Source: Lama glama
Lineage: Eukaryota
DNA length: 64,000 nucleotides
NCBI GenBank assembly: GCA_028534125.1
Contig: CM052816.1
Coordinates: forward strand, 22,012,001-22,076,000
Reading direction: 5' to 3'
A model generated the notes under the pieces. It saw nothing but the letters and a program-made list of their open reading frames with translations. It searched no databases and was not told the DNA's origin. Shown in pieces: positions 38,311 to 50,750 of this stretch; position 1 is the first letter of the stretch, and each line of letters starts with the position of its first letter. The translations under genes were made by a program, and so were the position numbers.

Positions 38311-40276
38311 GTGTTTCTGAATAGTTCTAATTTTTTTAAAAGGTATTAATTCTTCAAACTTGAATTTCTGCTTTAGAGAAATCACTTTCTAGAGGTAAAA
38401 TAATAGAAATATCAGAGTGCTTGGATTGTGCAGGCAACATCCTAAATGCTTCACATAAATTATCTCATGTAATCTTAAGAGAATCACAAAGCAATAGGTC
38501 TTCCCATTTTACAGATAAGGAAACTGAAGTTCAAAGATATTAAATAACTTCAAGTCATTTTACTGGAAATGGTCTATTAAAGACAAAAATACAGATTTTT
38601 GCCCCTAAAGCCCAATTTTATGGTCATCATGCTTTAATTCCTTTACACTCTTTTCAAAATATTCATGTGACTCTGGAAATATCCTTGAAAAATGGAAGCG
38701 ATAACGTTTGTAATCTTACACAGACTTTTGGGAGGAAATGTTTATAAACACATAAAATGAAGAAAATGGGTCATTACAATTCCCTGTGATCTATTGGCAG
38801 ACAGTTTTTCCAGAGTGGATGAGTTGCAACTTCCCTGGTAAGATTTTTGTTCTATACTCAAAAAGGAAAAGTGCTAGTATCATGTTGTAAACTTCAAGTA
38901 TGGGCAAGCTGAATGACCAACGGAAAAATAAACCCTTATTAAGGCCTTATTAACATCAGCGATCATTACCAGGTCCCAGAAACAGTGAATGTTGCAGCCT
39001 GAACTCTCCTTTCCCTTTTGTTACTCTGAAATATAATTTTCTTACCATGTCATTAAAAAATTAATGTGAATAGTGTCATAATTGTAAATAACCGAGTTAT
39101 TTAGTGAACCGATTGCTGTGAGAAATACTAAGCTGTATCTAGATGTAAGCTGAGGGAGCTTAAAATAGAGTGGAAAGGACGTGCCTATGTGGCTCCAAAG
39201 TAAGGAACTGGGGGACTGGTGCGGCCCATCCATAAGCTAATGAGATGGGGAGTGAAAAGAGTTGTTTTAGGACAATGGATTCTGGAATTCTGTCAGTTAG
39301 CTTAAGTCTTCTGTTTTTCTTAATAAGTAAGGGGCCAGTAAATAATTGCAAATTTGCCTTTTTCGGTCTGCTGGGAAACAGACTAGTATGTAAAATGCAG
39401 TGAGAAAGCGGTCACTCCTGAGTCCAGGCAACCCGAAGGCCCGGTGCCTGGAAAGGGGATGGGCGGAGGGAGGGCTGCCCTGGGCACTGGTTATGTGAAC
39501 GCAGACCACACTGACTTGGCGAAAGAGCGGTAAACGCGCTTTCTGCAGGCAAGGCGGCTGCCCACCCCGTTCAAGGCCGCGAAGCTGCGATTCTTCAGCC
39601 CTGATGTCCAGACGTCCGTCTTGGACAGAGCAGGTACTTCTTAGGAGGCCTCTTCCACAACAGATTCATTTTATTAGAAGACACGCAGGGAAGAGAGTGT
39701 ATGAACTTCCTTGTTTGCCGAATGGCAGCTTCGATTTCCGCAAGTTCTCCAAAGGAGGGGTGTCGGACTTGCAGATATGGAGCCCGGGCCCGGGCGTGGG
39801 CACGCCCGGAGCTTCTGGATTTTAGCACAAACAGAACTCTCCACCGACAACGCCTTCCTTACCGTTCAGCACCTAACAAGCTATTTTTGCTCAGTACTTC
39901 ACGGCGAGTTTCCGGCCCCTCGAGCCGGAAGCTGAAGCTGCGGAAACCGCAAATCCGAGGCGGATCCCGTGCCAGGTGATGTCTCGCGACGTGTTTTTAA
40001 ATCTCACGAAGGGCTGGAAGAGGCTTAACAGCACCGCCCCAGGTTTTACGTCATCGCGGAGACACGCCCTTAGGCGCTCGTTTGCGTGCTCGCGCGTGCT
40101 GCGCATGCGCACTCTCACTCCCCCGCCCCCGCGCGGGCTTTCCTCTGGCCAGTCGCGCGTGGGTTGAGGCCCCCGGCGGGCGTTGCGAAGGTTTGTTTGC
40201 CAGAGAGCGGTCCCCGCCGCATATCGGAGTTCCCTTCTTCAGTGAGGGGAGGAGAGGGTGCAGACATACTAGGTGA

Positions 40277-40300
40277 ATGGGCTGTCGCGTGGGCTTCTAA
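40277..40300 (+). promoter_or_regulatory. Short upstream ORF (MGCRVGF*) in the presumed RAPGEF6 5' leader
   Basis: ATG GGC TGT CGC GTG GGC TTC TAA, ending 37 nt before the main ATG; functional only if the TSS lies upstream of 40277. Confidence 0.5.
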
Positions 40301-40337
40301 GGCCAGGCTGGGGAGCGCGGCGGCCGGGGCCGGCACC

Positions 40338-40406
40338 ATGAACTCACCGGTGGACCCCGGCGCTAGGCAGGCGCTGAAGAAGAAGCCGCCCGAACGGACG
40401 CCAGAG
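40338..40406 (+). CDS. RAPGEF6: RAPGEF6 (PDZ-GEF2) first coding exon, MNSPVDPGARQALKKKPPERTPE
   Basis: ggcaccATG (A at -3); GAG|gtaagg donor; recognised RAPGEF6 N-terminus; FNIP1-RAPGEF6 tandem synteny. Confidence 0.95.
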
Positions 40407-41571
40407 GTAAGGCCGTCCGACCACGGCGCGCTTCCCGCCGTTCAACAGACAGCGTCCCTCTGTCCGTCCGTAACTTTTGGCGACAGCCCCCTTGCCAGAG
40501 CTTCGCACCTGCTGCCTGGGTGTCTATTTTCTACGTCCCTGACCCTGACCTGGGCCCTTCTCGCGGGCGGGGTGACGACTGCCGTTCCTGCTCGCGATGC
40601 CGCCTTCCCCACACACCCGTCCTTGCTAGTGACTAGGAAGTGTTTTCTACACGAAAGCACCATTACTAAATCGTATTTCCTCAGGGTAAAATACGGGTCT
40701 CGGAGTGAAATTGCTCGTAGGTAGGGAGGCTGTGAAAAACGAGGTGGAAATTTAAGTGAACTGTTAACAGCCATGTTATTAAGAAATAACTTCTCTTTAA
40801 AGTTCCTTGAAATACTGTTCAGTTACCTAAAGAACGATAAAAAATTTCAAGGTCAGTTTAAAACTGTATCCAGTCAGATGATGAATTCTGGTAGAGAATT
40901 ATGCGTATTTGAAGATCAGTTCTGGAGGTAGTTTTTCAGATTATGTCATTGGGAAATTTTGCAGTATTTTGTGCTTGGATCCAAAACTTGCTGCATTGGG
41001 TTAGCAGTAATGGCATCAGCTTAAAGGATTTGACTTGACCTGAAGGCTGTTTTTCAGGCACATAACTAAACCCTGGTAACTTTGTATGCCCCTGTAGAGT
41101 GTTTAGATTTGGGGTAACTATATATTTGGACAAGTTTCCATAATAAGTGGTATGTTTCCTAAACCAAAAAGCAGAAACTTAACAACAATCTGAATGGATT
41201 GTTGGACTTGTATGTAATTGCAGTAAATGAAAGGAAATGTTTTGCTTAGTTCTTCCTGACTCACTTTTGAGTTTTTCAGATTTACAGTGGTTTGCATAGC
41301 AGGTGTCAGAAATTTAGGCGGACCTTTTATGACATGGCATTATTCAAGCTACAATTGTAGCTGATGGGTCAAACTTTATTATTGGAGATCCTGGTCTTTG
41401 CATAGTAACAAATCAAATTCTTTCATTTTCGACGGTCCCCATTTTGAGACCTGCATTTAAAATCTCATGTGTCTTCATTTCCCTGTAATTGTTAAAGTCA
41501 TTGTGAGCTCATTGAAGGCATTCACTTTGAACAGGTGAATCTGCTGTAGTATTTATGTCATTAGAACATAG

Positions 41572-41700
41572 GAGAGGAAGGTATAGCCCAGTAATAGAGT
41601 GCATGCCTAGCATGTACAAGGTTCTGGGTTCAATTCCCAGCACCTGCAGTCAATCAATGAATACCTATTTACGTCCCCCCAAAAAATTTTAAAAAGAAAG
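41572..41700 (+). mobile_element. Diverged tRNA-derived SINE (Vic-1-like)
   Basis: ggtatagcccagtaatagagtgcatgcctagcatgtacaaggttctgggttcaattcccagcacc...tcccccc plus A tail. Confidence 0.8.
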
Positions 41701-42189
41701 TAAGTATCATACAATGCTTATATGTAGGTTTTACTTTTAAATGTTGCTTATGATAAAATTACATTTCAATAGGAAAATATTACTTCTCTTTAATAGCAGA
41801 TTTATCTAGTTTGAAATTGTCATTGAGCCTTAGAAAGTTTTCTGAACGGTTCACAAAGTTATGTTGGCCAGTGTGTGCTGTGTTAAGTACTTTATCTTGT
41901 TTTACTGGAACAACAGCATTGCTTAAGGAAATGCTAAACAGCTGCCCACAACAGGCTAGAGCTGTGACAGGTAGCAGCATAACCTGTCACCTACTTGATT
42001 CATTGGCAATACTTTTGAATGAGTGTAGAATTTGTTTGGGGTACAGAAGTATGAATAAAGAAGTGGTAACTTGAATCCTAGTGATAATTTATTTGTGATA
42101 AATAATTTGATGAAATTCTCACAGGGTCATTTCTGTTTTCAGAAGATCCTTACTCTTTTAGTTGACTCTTAAGGGTCTCTTAAAAGTAA

Positions 42190-43500
42190 ATGTGTTCAAC
42201 AATTATTTATTGAAAGGTTACCAGTTCAAGGGACTATTTTGTGCACTAGGATGTATCAGTGAAATAGGCCTGCACTAATGGTGTTTACATTCTAGTAGAA
42301 TGGGGAGGCTAGAAAGCAAGTAAATATAATAAACAAGTATATACTTGTATAATTATGTTAGCTGATAATTGCTAATAAGAGAAAAGAACAGGATAAAGGA
42401 ATTGGAAGCAAGGGGCAAAGGCTGGGTACAGTTTGAAATAAAGAGAGCTGGTGTTGTGTTGATTGAGATGAATTTTGATGAAAGTCTTGATTCTTGTGAT
42501 AGAATTAGCCAAGAGATATACAAGGAAAGAGCTTTCCAAGTAGAATAGTCATTGCAAAGGTCCTAAGATAAGAGCATGCCTGGTGCATTCAGGAAACAGC
42601 AAGGAGCTCTGAGTGACTGGAGAAGAATAGTAAGTCAGATGAGGTCAAAGAGACGATAGTGGTGGTATAGGATGGAGCATATCATGCAGGATTTTGTAAA
42701 TCATAAATTCTTTGACTTTTATTTTGAGTGAAAGAGAGTTTTGTTTTCTGCCAAAATGCTTTAAAGCAGAGGTGTCATATCCTACTTGTAAAAGAATCCC
42801 CTGATTGCTTGCTGAGTTGAGAATAGCGTAGGAGCAAGGATAGAAATGGGACCATCAACTAGAGGCAATCACATTAAAGCAGGAAAGAGATGTTCATAAC
42901 TCAGACTAAAGTGATAGTAATGCAGATGGCAAGAAGTGGTCAATTATGGAAATATTTTGAAGGTTTAGCCAACAGGATTTGCTTAATGGATTAGATTTAT
43001 GTTTTGAAGGAAAGAAGAATGGAGCATAATTTCACAGTTTTTGTCCTGAGCAACTGGAGTGTTGGAGTTACCATCAAAGAGAGTTTGAGCTGCCACCAAA
43101 GAGAGAGAGAGACAAAGCTGCAGGAGGAGGGGAGTGGATCAGAAATTCAGTTTTGAACATGTCACATTTGAAATGTCTATTAAAAATGTTGAGTAAGGAG
43201 TTGCAAATACAATTTATCATTATTTCTAGAGAGAAGTTTGAGTTGGATAGAAATTTTATAGTCATTACCTTACAGATAATGTTTAAAGTCATGAGACTAG
43301 ATGAAATTACCAAAGTAGTAAGTGTACATGGGAATAGAAGACGACCAAAGACAATGCCCTTGGGCGCTTAGATCACTATAAGGTCAAGGGAGAAGAGCAG
43401 AAACCCGCAAAGGAAAATGAGTAGGAGTAAAGAGTGCAGTGGAAGAAAAACCAAGATAGAGTGGTGGTGTCCTGGAAGCTAAGTCAGTAAAGTAGAAGGG
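42190..43500 (-). mobile_element. L2 element (~1.3 kb), antisense
   Basis: Begins ttcaacaattatttattga (reverse complement of the L2 3' end); ggcctgagcaactgg-like and cagttttgaacatgtc-like L2 motifs. Confidence 0.75.
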
Positions 43501-46500
43501 GATAACATTCATTTATTCATCTTATTTTCCCTTGAATACCTGCTAGAGTACAAAGCATTGTGAAAAAATATACAAATAGATAAGAATCAATGTCTTATAA
43601 TCTTGTAATCAGATGTTTGCATCATACAATTAATGAATAAAGAAGTCTCCTGTTTGTTTCTTGGACAAAATTAATGGTTTCTTTATTTTGAACCATCTGT
43701 TGTCCTTACATGAAACTATCAACTCAAGCATTATCCAAGGGAGCCAGACACTGAGAATGGAAAGTTTTGTAAAGTATGCCATTTAGAACTGTGTTCTAAC
43801 ACAATTTTTACTTTTCTGGCCATTTCTCCTACTTCGTAGATTCAGCTTCCGCAGCTCATTGTCTTTCTTGAACTAGTTCTCTGATTTCCTTTTCCACTTT
43901 ACAGAGTTTTTTTTTTCCTTGGAAAATTTTAGACTTAAGTACTCTTTGGGAAGCTGAGTGCTCTAAAGCAACCGAAGCCGTTAAGGTACTCATTTTGAGT
44001 CGTTATACCAAAATTAGAGATGCCACAGTCAAAATTGAGACCTTGAATTTGGCTTTTTCTCAGCTCAGTCCCTATTCAGTGCCATCCTTTCTCTATAGTC
44101 TTTCTTTTTTACCTCAGAGTGAGCGCCTTATTTTTCTTATATTTCCCTCTCTAAATGCTTAATGCCGTGCTTTGCACATATTAAATGATCAGTAAACATG
44201 TTAAACACAACAAAATTTAGAATTAATTTGTAAAGTCCTCGTATTAAAAAGATAATACTTTGTATTCATTAGAACTGCTGATTCTGTCCATTTTGGGTGG
44301 TCTCATTCAGCAGCTTGGCTTCAGTTAATTTTTATAGGCTGATGCCTAGGACCATCTTACTCTGTTTCATGTGCTTCAGATCCATGTATCTAAGTCCTAA
44401 ATTATCCTCCAGGTTCTTCAATCACTAGTCCTAAATTGAAGCCATCATCATTCCTCTTCATTATTCTGCTGCTGACTGCCCCAGTTGCTCAGTCCAGAAA
44501 TTCCCCATGCTTTCTTCCTTTCTGTATCTAACTGTCCACTAAACCTTGTTGGATTTTTCATGTTGAATCACTCTCTACTTCTTCTCTCTAGCTCTGTTAG
44601 CTTGGTTCAGACTAAAGTCATTTTGCCCCTGAGTTTTTCACTTCAGTCATTTTATTGTCATATTGTGCTGGAGTGATCTTTCAAATACTCAGATCTGGTC
44701 ATGTACTATTCCTGCTCAGAATTTAATTATTTCCCACTGCCTAGATAGGTTAGCAATAAGTGTTATCACCCAAGTCATTTTTAAGAGTAAAAAGTGCTTT
44801 TAATATTTATGCTAGGATAACAAGTTAAAGAAGGACTGTATCAAGCAAACTGAGCTGTGTGGTTACCTCACCCAGATGATAATGTTAATTTGTAAGATGT
44901 TAATGTCCATTTAGTTAACAGATGATATGTGACACACAATACTAAAAGCTGAGGTTGTAGAGACAATTTGAACATGGTCCCTATTTTTCAGTGACTTAAA
45001 ATATTAGTGAAATGTTAAGGTAATTAGTGAAAAGGGTATGGATAGGGCACCTTGGGACTGTAAGTGGAGAAAGGAAAAGCTTCTTGGGGAAGCATTAAGT
45101 AAAATCTTAAATATTGTGAATAGCTGTCTGGATGTTATCCAGAAGGGAGGTCATTCCAGGCAGAGAGCAACAGGAACAGAGGCACTAATGGTGACAAGCC
45201 AGGTACATTTGTAGAACAAGAAGCCAATCTGTAAGTCTAGAACATACATTCTCAGTGGGGTGATATCACTGAAGGGACAAAACTTGGAGTTTTTTTGGGG
45301 GGGATAAAAAACTTAGGTATTACTATGATTTGTGTAGTAATACTTATACAGAACTCATCCCTACCTGATAAAGTCTTATTCCTTAATATTTAATTGGAAG
45401 TGGGGTGTGCTTATGAAAAAAATGTCTTAAAATACTCTTTGGGAGGGATGTGATAATGAAAAATGGTTGCAAAACACTGGGCTAGTGTATGGGGTATTTG
45501 TTATGTGTGTGAGGGTTAGTACATGGTGTTGGATGTTAAATGTTGAAGCTGGATATAATAGCAGGTTTGGATCATTTCAGGGATTTGGACTGGATCTTAT
45601 AAATAAAGGAGAACCATTGAAGGATTTAAAGCCTAGAAATAAGATCAGTTTTACAAAGATTACCCTGTGGGTGTTGTTGAAGATATAGGGTGGGTGGAGG
45701 AGGGGGAGGCTGTGGGGAGAGGTGCAGGCCAGCTACACCAGAGGCAGGGTTGTTTATAGTAGGATGAGCAAATAACATTTTGTCCAAACCAAGATACTTT
45801 TCTCTATGAAAGGTAAGACTATTAATGGTTCTATCAGGATAACAGGGAAACTGGGAGATACGGTCCTGGTTATAGGAAACAAATGCAGTGGTCAGAAGTG
45901 AGATAAGACAGCAGAATATGTGATAGTGAGAGAGAGAGGAGGTAGAATTGGCCCAGCATGGTCACTAATTAGATTGGGAGTGTATACCTTCCACCAGACT
46001 TTTTTTTTTTTAACTTTGAAATTGATTGTAATACACATACAATGAAGTCCACATATTCTTAAATGTATAGACAGCTTAATTTTCACAAATATATTTAGCT
46101 GACACCCAAATCGTGATATAGAATATTACCAGCACTCCAGAAACTCTCCCTTTACCCCTCTTAGTCAGTACTCTTTCCCAAAGGAAACTGTTATGACATC
46201 TTTTACCATAAATTTGTTCTGTTTGCTTTTGAATTTCGTTTGAGTGGAATCAAACAGTGTGTATTCTTTCCAGCAACCAAGAGTACTGTGAAACTATCTT
46301 GGTTCTTTGCATTTTACCTTTGGATTGGAGTTTGAAACTCCTCTCTTGGGTTTCCGTGATCTTCATTCATATCCTTTATACCATGACTCACCCTTTTGTC
46401 TACCCTTTTGGATTGGCCACTTCATTCTGTTGAGGCCTACTCTTGGTATAACTGACTCTCAGCTGCAGATGATGCACTTCAGGCCAAGATAACACTCTAT

Positions 46501-46599
46501 CCTTAATGTTAATGTTCTTCTCAAGCTTTTGCGGTAGTGCTGGGGCAAGTCTGCGGAACTTCTCTGTCTTTGCTTTCTGGGGACAGACTTGGATTGGGA

Positions 46600-47220
46600 A
46601 TAAGAGCGAGGCAGAAGTTTAGGTAATTTCTAAATTTCTCATTTGGGTAACTGTAAGAGTACATTATTAAAGAGCAGGATTAGGGTAGGAGGATAATTCT
46701 GTTTTAGTAAGGGTATGAGACTCCCTACAGGGGATACAGAGATGTTCAGTAAGCATTTGGAGCTTCATATCAAACCAGGTTATGAATCTGGGTTGGCCTG
46801 AGAGTATATATAGCATATGAGCCCTAGGTGAAGTCATGGGATTGGTAGGAATGCTAATGGTGAAAAAACCGTGGAATACAAAGGCAGACCCTTTGGGTGC
46901 TCTGATACCAAAAGGCTCGGGGAAGGAAAAGAAAACTGCCAAAGAGAATGAAAATAAATTGTTTATAGAGGGAGGAAGAGAACAGAAGAGTGTTATTAAA
47001 GGAGGGAATTTTGGAAAGAAATCCCTAATCATTAATGTCAGATACTGGAGAGTTCGGGAAAAGTGAGGATAGATAAATTCTTTGGGTTGCTTCCATCAGA
47101 ATGATTTCAGTGAATTGAGGAAAGAGTCTGATTGCATAGATTAAAGATAGTAACTAGACCCAAGAAAGTGAAGGCAGCAAGTATACTGTTTCTGAGTTTG
47201 GCTCTGATGGGAAGTGGAAA
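46600..47220 (-). mobile_element. L2 fragment
   Basis: Purine-rich degenerate L2 antisense sequence similar to 43100-43500; explains ORFs 46667..47032 and 46836..47066. Confidence 0.55.
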
Positions 47221-49318
47221 GATGTAAAGTCCTCTACGATGTTCTGCGTAGCATTCTAACGTTACCACCCCTCACCCCCAAACACAAGCATCTTAACTAC
47301 TTATAAATATCTTAACACAGTACTTTTCAACCTAGGCTGTATATGTTTCTTAACCTAGGAAATTTTTTTGATGCCCAGGCCCACCTTTCATTTCTTGAGT
47401 TAGAACCTTCTGGAATGGAGTGTTAAGCATTGATATTTATAGAAAATTCCCTAAGTAATGCTGATTTATAGTCGGAGATTACAAGCATTGTCCATTGTGC
47501 TATATTTTCCTGTCTGTGTTTTATACAGGATGGAAAAGTGTGGAGCAGTGTTTACTGCCCTGAAATTTTGCATTTGGACAAGCCTACTTCATATCTGGGC
47601 TCCAGCACTGAGAATTTGAATGACCCTAGGAAAGTCACCTAACTTCTCTAAGACTGAATGTCTTGGGGAATTGTTACGTGGACTGAATGACATAATATAT
47701 GTGAAGTATTAAGCGAAGTGACAGTTATAATGAGTACTCAATGAATGATGGCCGCTCTTATTGGCTTGCTGTTTCTTTTGACTGGAACACCACTAGGCAA
47801 ATACAGACTCCTCACTGAAGTCTCATTTCCCCCTCCCCTCTGTGTTCCCAGGATACTTTGCATCTTCCTCCACCTTAGCTATTACTGTACTGTGTTATGA
47901 TTACTTGCATGTTTGTCTCTCTGGCTGGACTGTAAGCTCCTTGAGGACAGTGAATGTATTCTTATCTCCCAGTTCCCATCATGCAATACTTGGTACTTAG
48001 TAGGTATCCAAATATGTGTAGGGTAAATGACTTTAAAAAGAAAAGCAGTGTGAAAAGTACTGTTCGTCTTGCTAGTAATGATTTTTATTGATCTAATATT
48101 TGAAGTGCTGGGATAAAGAGACTGATGAAGTTTGACACAATGGCAAAGTTTGCTATTAATATTCTTATTAAAATATGAATAATATACAGTTACTATAAAG
48201 AAACTGTGTTTTACCTGACACTTCTTCAGAGATGATTCAAATAGAGGAACTTCAGCCATACCTTGAAACAGGAACTTCTTTTTTTATATGGGTTTGAAAC
48301 ACACTTGCAGTTTTAACTGCAGTGCCAGTTCTAACTTTTCAGTGTTTTTATCAGGATGGGTTAAAACTTTTGCTAGGCAGATACTTCATGCTCAGCCAAA
48401 TGTTAATGTAATTTCCCATTTACAATCCAACAAACGTTTTTTGAAAAAAAAACTAGCCTATTTTTTGTTACTAAAGTTAAAGAGGGAGCTAGGACTGAAA
48501 GAATAAAATTTAGAATTTTTAAATTATTAATTTATTTCAGAATATAGGATAATAGTCTTTAAATGTATACTTGTAGAGGTTTTTTTCTGAATTGGTGAAA
48601 GAGCACCATTGTAGTTGGAATCATTTTTGAGTGAGTCACTGTATGCATCCCTGAGGGTGGCAGAACAAAGGTTCTGTTGTGCTTTTCTACAGCAGATGCA
48701 CATTCAGAGGGTTCCTTGGAAAGTAAAAGAACTTATTTATGCTTCTCGGGCCCTCTGACCTTCATTTGTAAACCCAACTGGATAGAAAGGAATACCAGAT
48801 CTGGATGGGGCCTTTATTAGACAACTTCTCTTCTAGGCACCTCCTTTTACATGTATTGAAGATTCCTAACTTGTGAAAAAACTGGCCATTCACCATAAAA
48901 TTTTGTTTCTGAGAGATGAGGAGCATTCCTGAGGGAGAATTCTGCAAAGAGAAGAAGCAGCCAGGCACGATGAACTAGACAAAGTCATATTCTTAGAAAG
49001 GAATATGTGATTGTGAGCTCTATAATACTGTGGTTATCGTTTAACTTTACCTTGAACCAGCCTGTGTAAATTGAGACCTGGCTGTAAATAAAAACTGAAT
49101 GAGCCACTTTATTAAGAACTTGAAGTTATGGAGGCATAAGCAGTCCCTATTTGATGTTCTCCACTACTCAACATTCTCTACTACTTTGCCATAAACTGAA
49201 ACTTTGGCAGCTGTAGTGCTTCAGACTTTGACATATGGCAGAGACAGTGGGGTTCATTGGACAGGACATTTAGCATAGTAGAAGTAACAGCACTGCCTAG
49301 CATGTGTTTGTGAAAATG

Positions 49319-49358
49319 CACACACACACACACACATGCACACACACACACACACACA
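49319..49358 (+). repeat. (CA)n microsatellite, interrupted once by TG
   Basis: Directly visible. Confidence 0.95.
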
Positions 49359-49959
49359 CCCTATTCCCCAAAATACTTTTATCTGGTGGGGTCAAGAGCT
49401 AGTGAAATGGGTTGCATACCGATAAAGGAACTGAGCTCCACAGAGAGAAACTATCTTGCTCAAGGTCATATGATTCATCAATGACTTCCTCAATCCTATA
49501 GCACCCCACTGCTTTCTCTTTATCAGGGCAGTCAACTTTAGGTTCTGTCTTAAGCTTTGAACTTTTGTTTCTTTACTGACATGTATATGGAAGCCTAATA
49601 TTTTCCTAAATAAATGTCTCTTGTTTAATCTTGTTTGTGCTAGATGAAGTGCTTTGAAGTGCCTGAGTCAATTTAATGGAAGTTTATAATTCTCAAGTTT
49701 TATGTAGAGTGAGAAAAGGTCTGCCTGACATGTGATTTCTTATACCATTTTGTTTTGTAACTGTTATTTTCAGAGGATGGTAGCCTATTTTAGTTTGGTT
49801 TCCTTAAAGTATTTAACTAATATAAAAAGGCTTCATCTAGTAGATTTTTTAGAAAAGAGTTTTTATAACTGTCACAAGTGCCACCTGAAGTTTAGATTTT
49901 TTATGAGCTCCTTAAATGACTGTGTGAGACAGAGTTGAAAGTATACTTTTTCTGTGGAA

Positions 49960-50750
49960 GACTGCCTAATGTGTATTACGTGCTAAACATTTTTAAAGCA
50001 CTGTTTTTAAGTGCCAGGAATAAAAGATTAAAGTTCTTTCATTAGGGGAGCAAATAGGCAGATACACAGAGAATTAAAATGCAACCTGGTGTAGTACTGT
50101 GATAATTGGAAATACCAGGTCCTCGGGAGTTTGTATAAGATCTGCTGGGAATGAGGAGTAAAGGGTAGGAAGGTGTCATTCACATTGTTTTAGAAAAGGG
50201 AACCCTGACTTGAGTATAGATTAGGACATATACAAGTTAGGTGAAGAAGGGACTATATGTATTTGCTGAAAAGGGAACAGCATTAGCCAAGGCCACAAGA
50301 TGAGCTAGGCATGAACATGCTAGATGTCTGAGTAGCTGGAACATTGGGACAAGAGTGAATAGTACAATAGATGAGGCTGGAGGCATGGTCAGGATCTAGA
50401 ACATAACGGACTTTGTTCTCCTTGTTAAGGAGTTTGCATTTTCTTTTTAGAAAGACCATTCTGGCAGCACTCTGAAGAATGGATTACACAGGGTCCAGCC
50501 TAGAGGCAAGAAGGCCATTTTCTGTTACACAGTGAGAAATAATGAATCCCTAAATTACTTCAGTTAAGAGGATGAACAGAGATGTTTAGAAAGTAGAATT
50601 GACAGATTTCTTGCTAGAGCTGTTGAAAGTGAGTACTATTACCTAAATCAGGGAACCTAGGAGTAAGACACAGCTAGGGGTAGAGATAATCAGTTTAGCT
50701 TTGAATATGTTGCACTTGAGATACTGATGGGTCACTCAGGTGAAAGTGTA
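49960..50750 (-). mobile_element. L2 fragment
   Basis: tagatgaggctggag, ttagaaagaccattctggcagc, agtagaattgacagattt motifs. Confidence 0.55.

Larger units (their letters stand above)
39400..40720 (+). promoter_or_regulatory. RAPGEF6: CpG island / TATA-less promoter and first exon region of RAPGEF6
   Basis: Abrupt rise in GC and CpG against an AT-rich background; motifs include NRF1 TGCGCATGCGCA (40100-40111), ETS CCGGAAG (39925-39931), CRE-like TTACGTCA (40046-40053), TCTCGCGA (39982-39989) and a GC box (~40122-40130). Confidence 0.9.

Noticed and set aside
39595..40339. Cluster of overlapping 60-90 aa ORFs on both strands
   Set aside because: Ala/Arg/Pro-rich translations of a CpG island with no recognisable homology.
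40086..40724. 212-aa ORF over the RAPGEF6 first exon
   Set aside because: Only 40338-40406 is coding. The rest is GC-rich leader and intron read-through past the GAG|gtaagg donor; stop-poor frames are expected in CpG islands.
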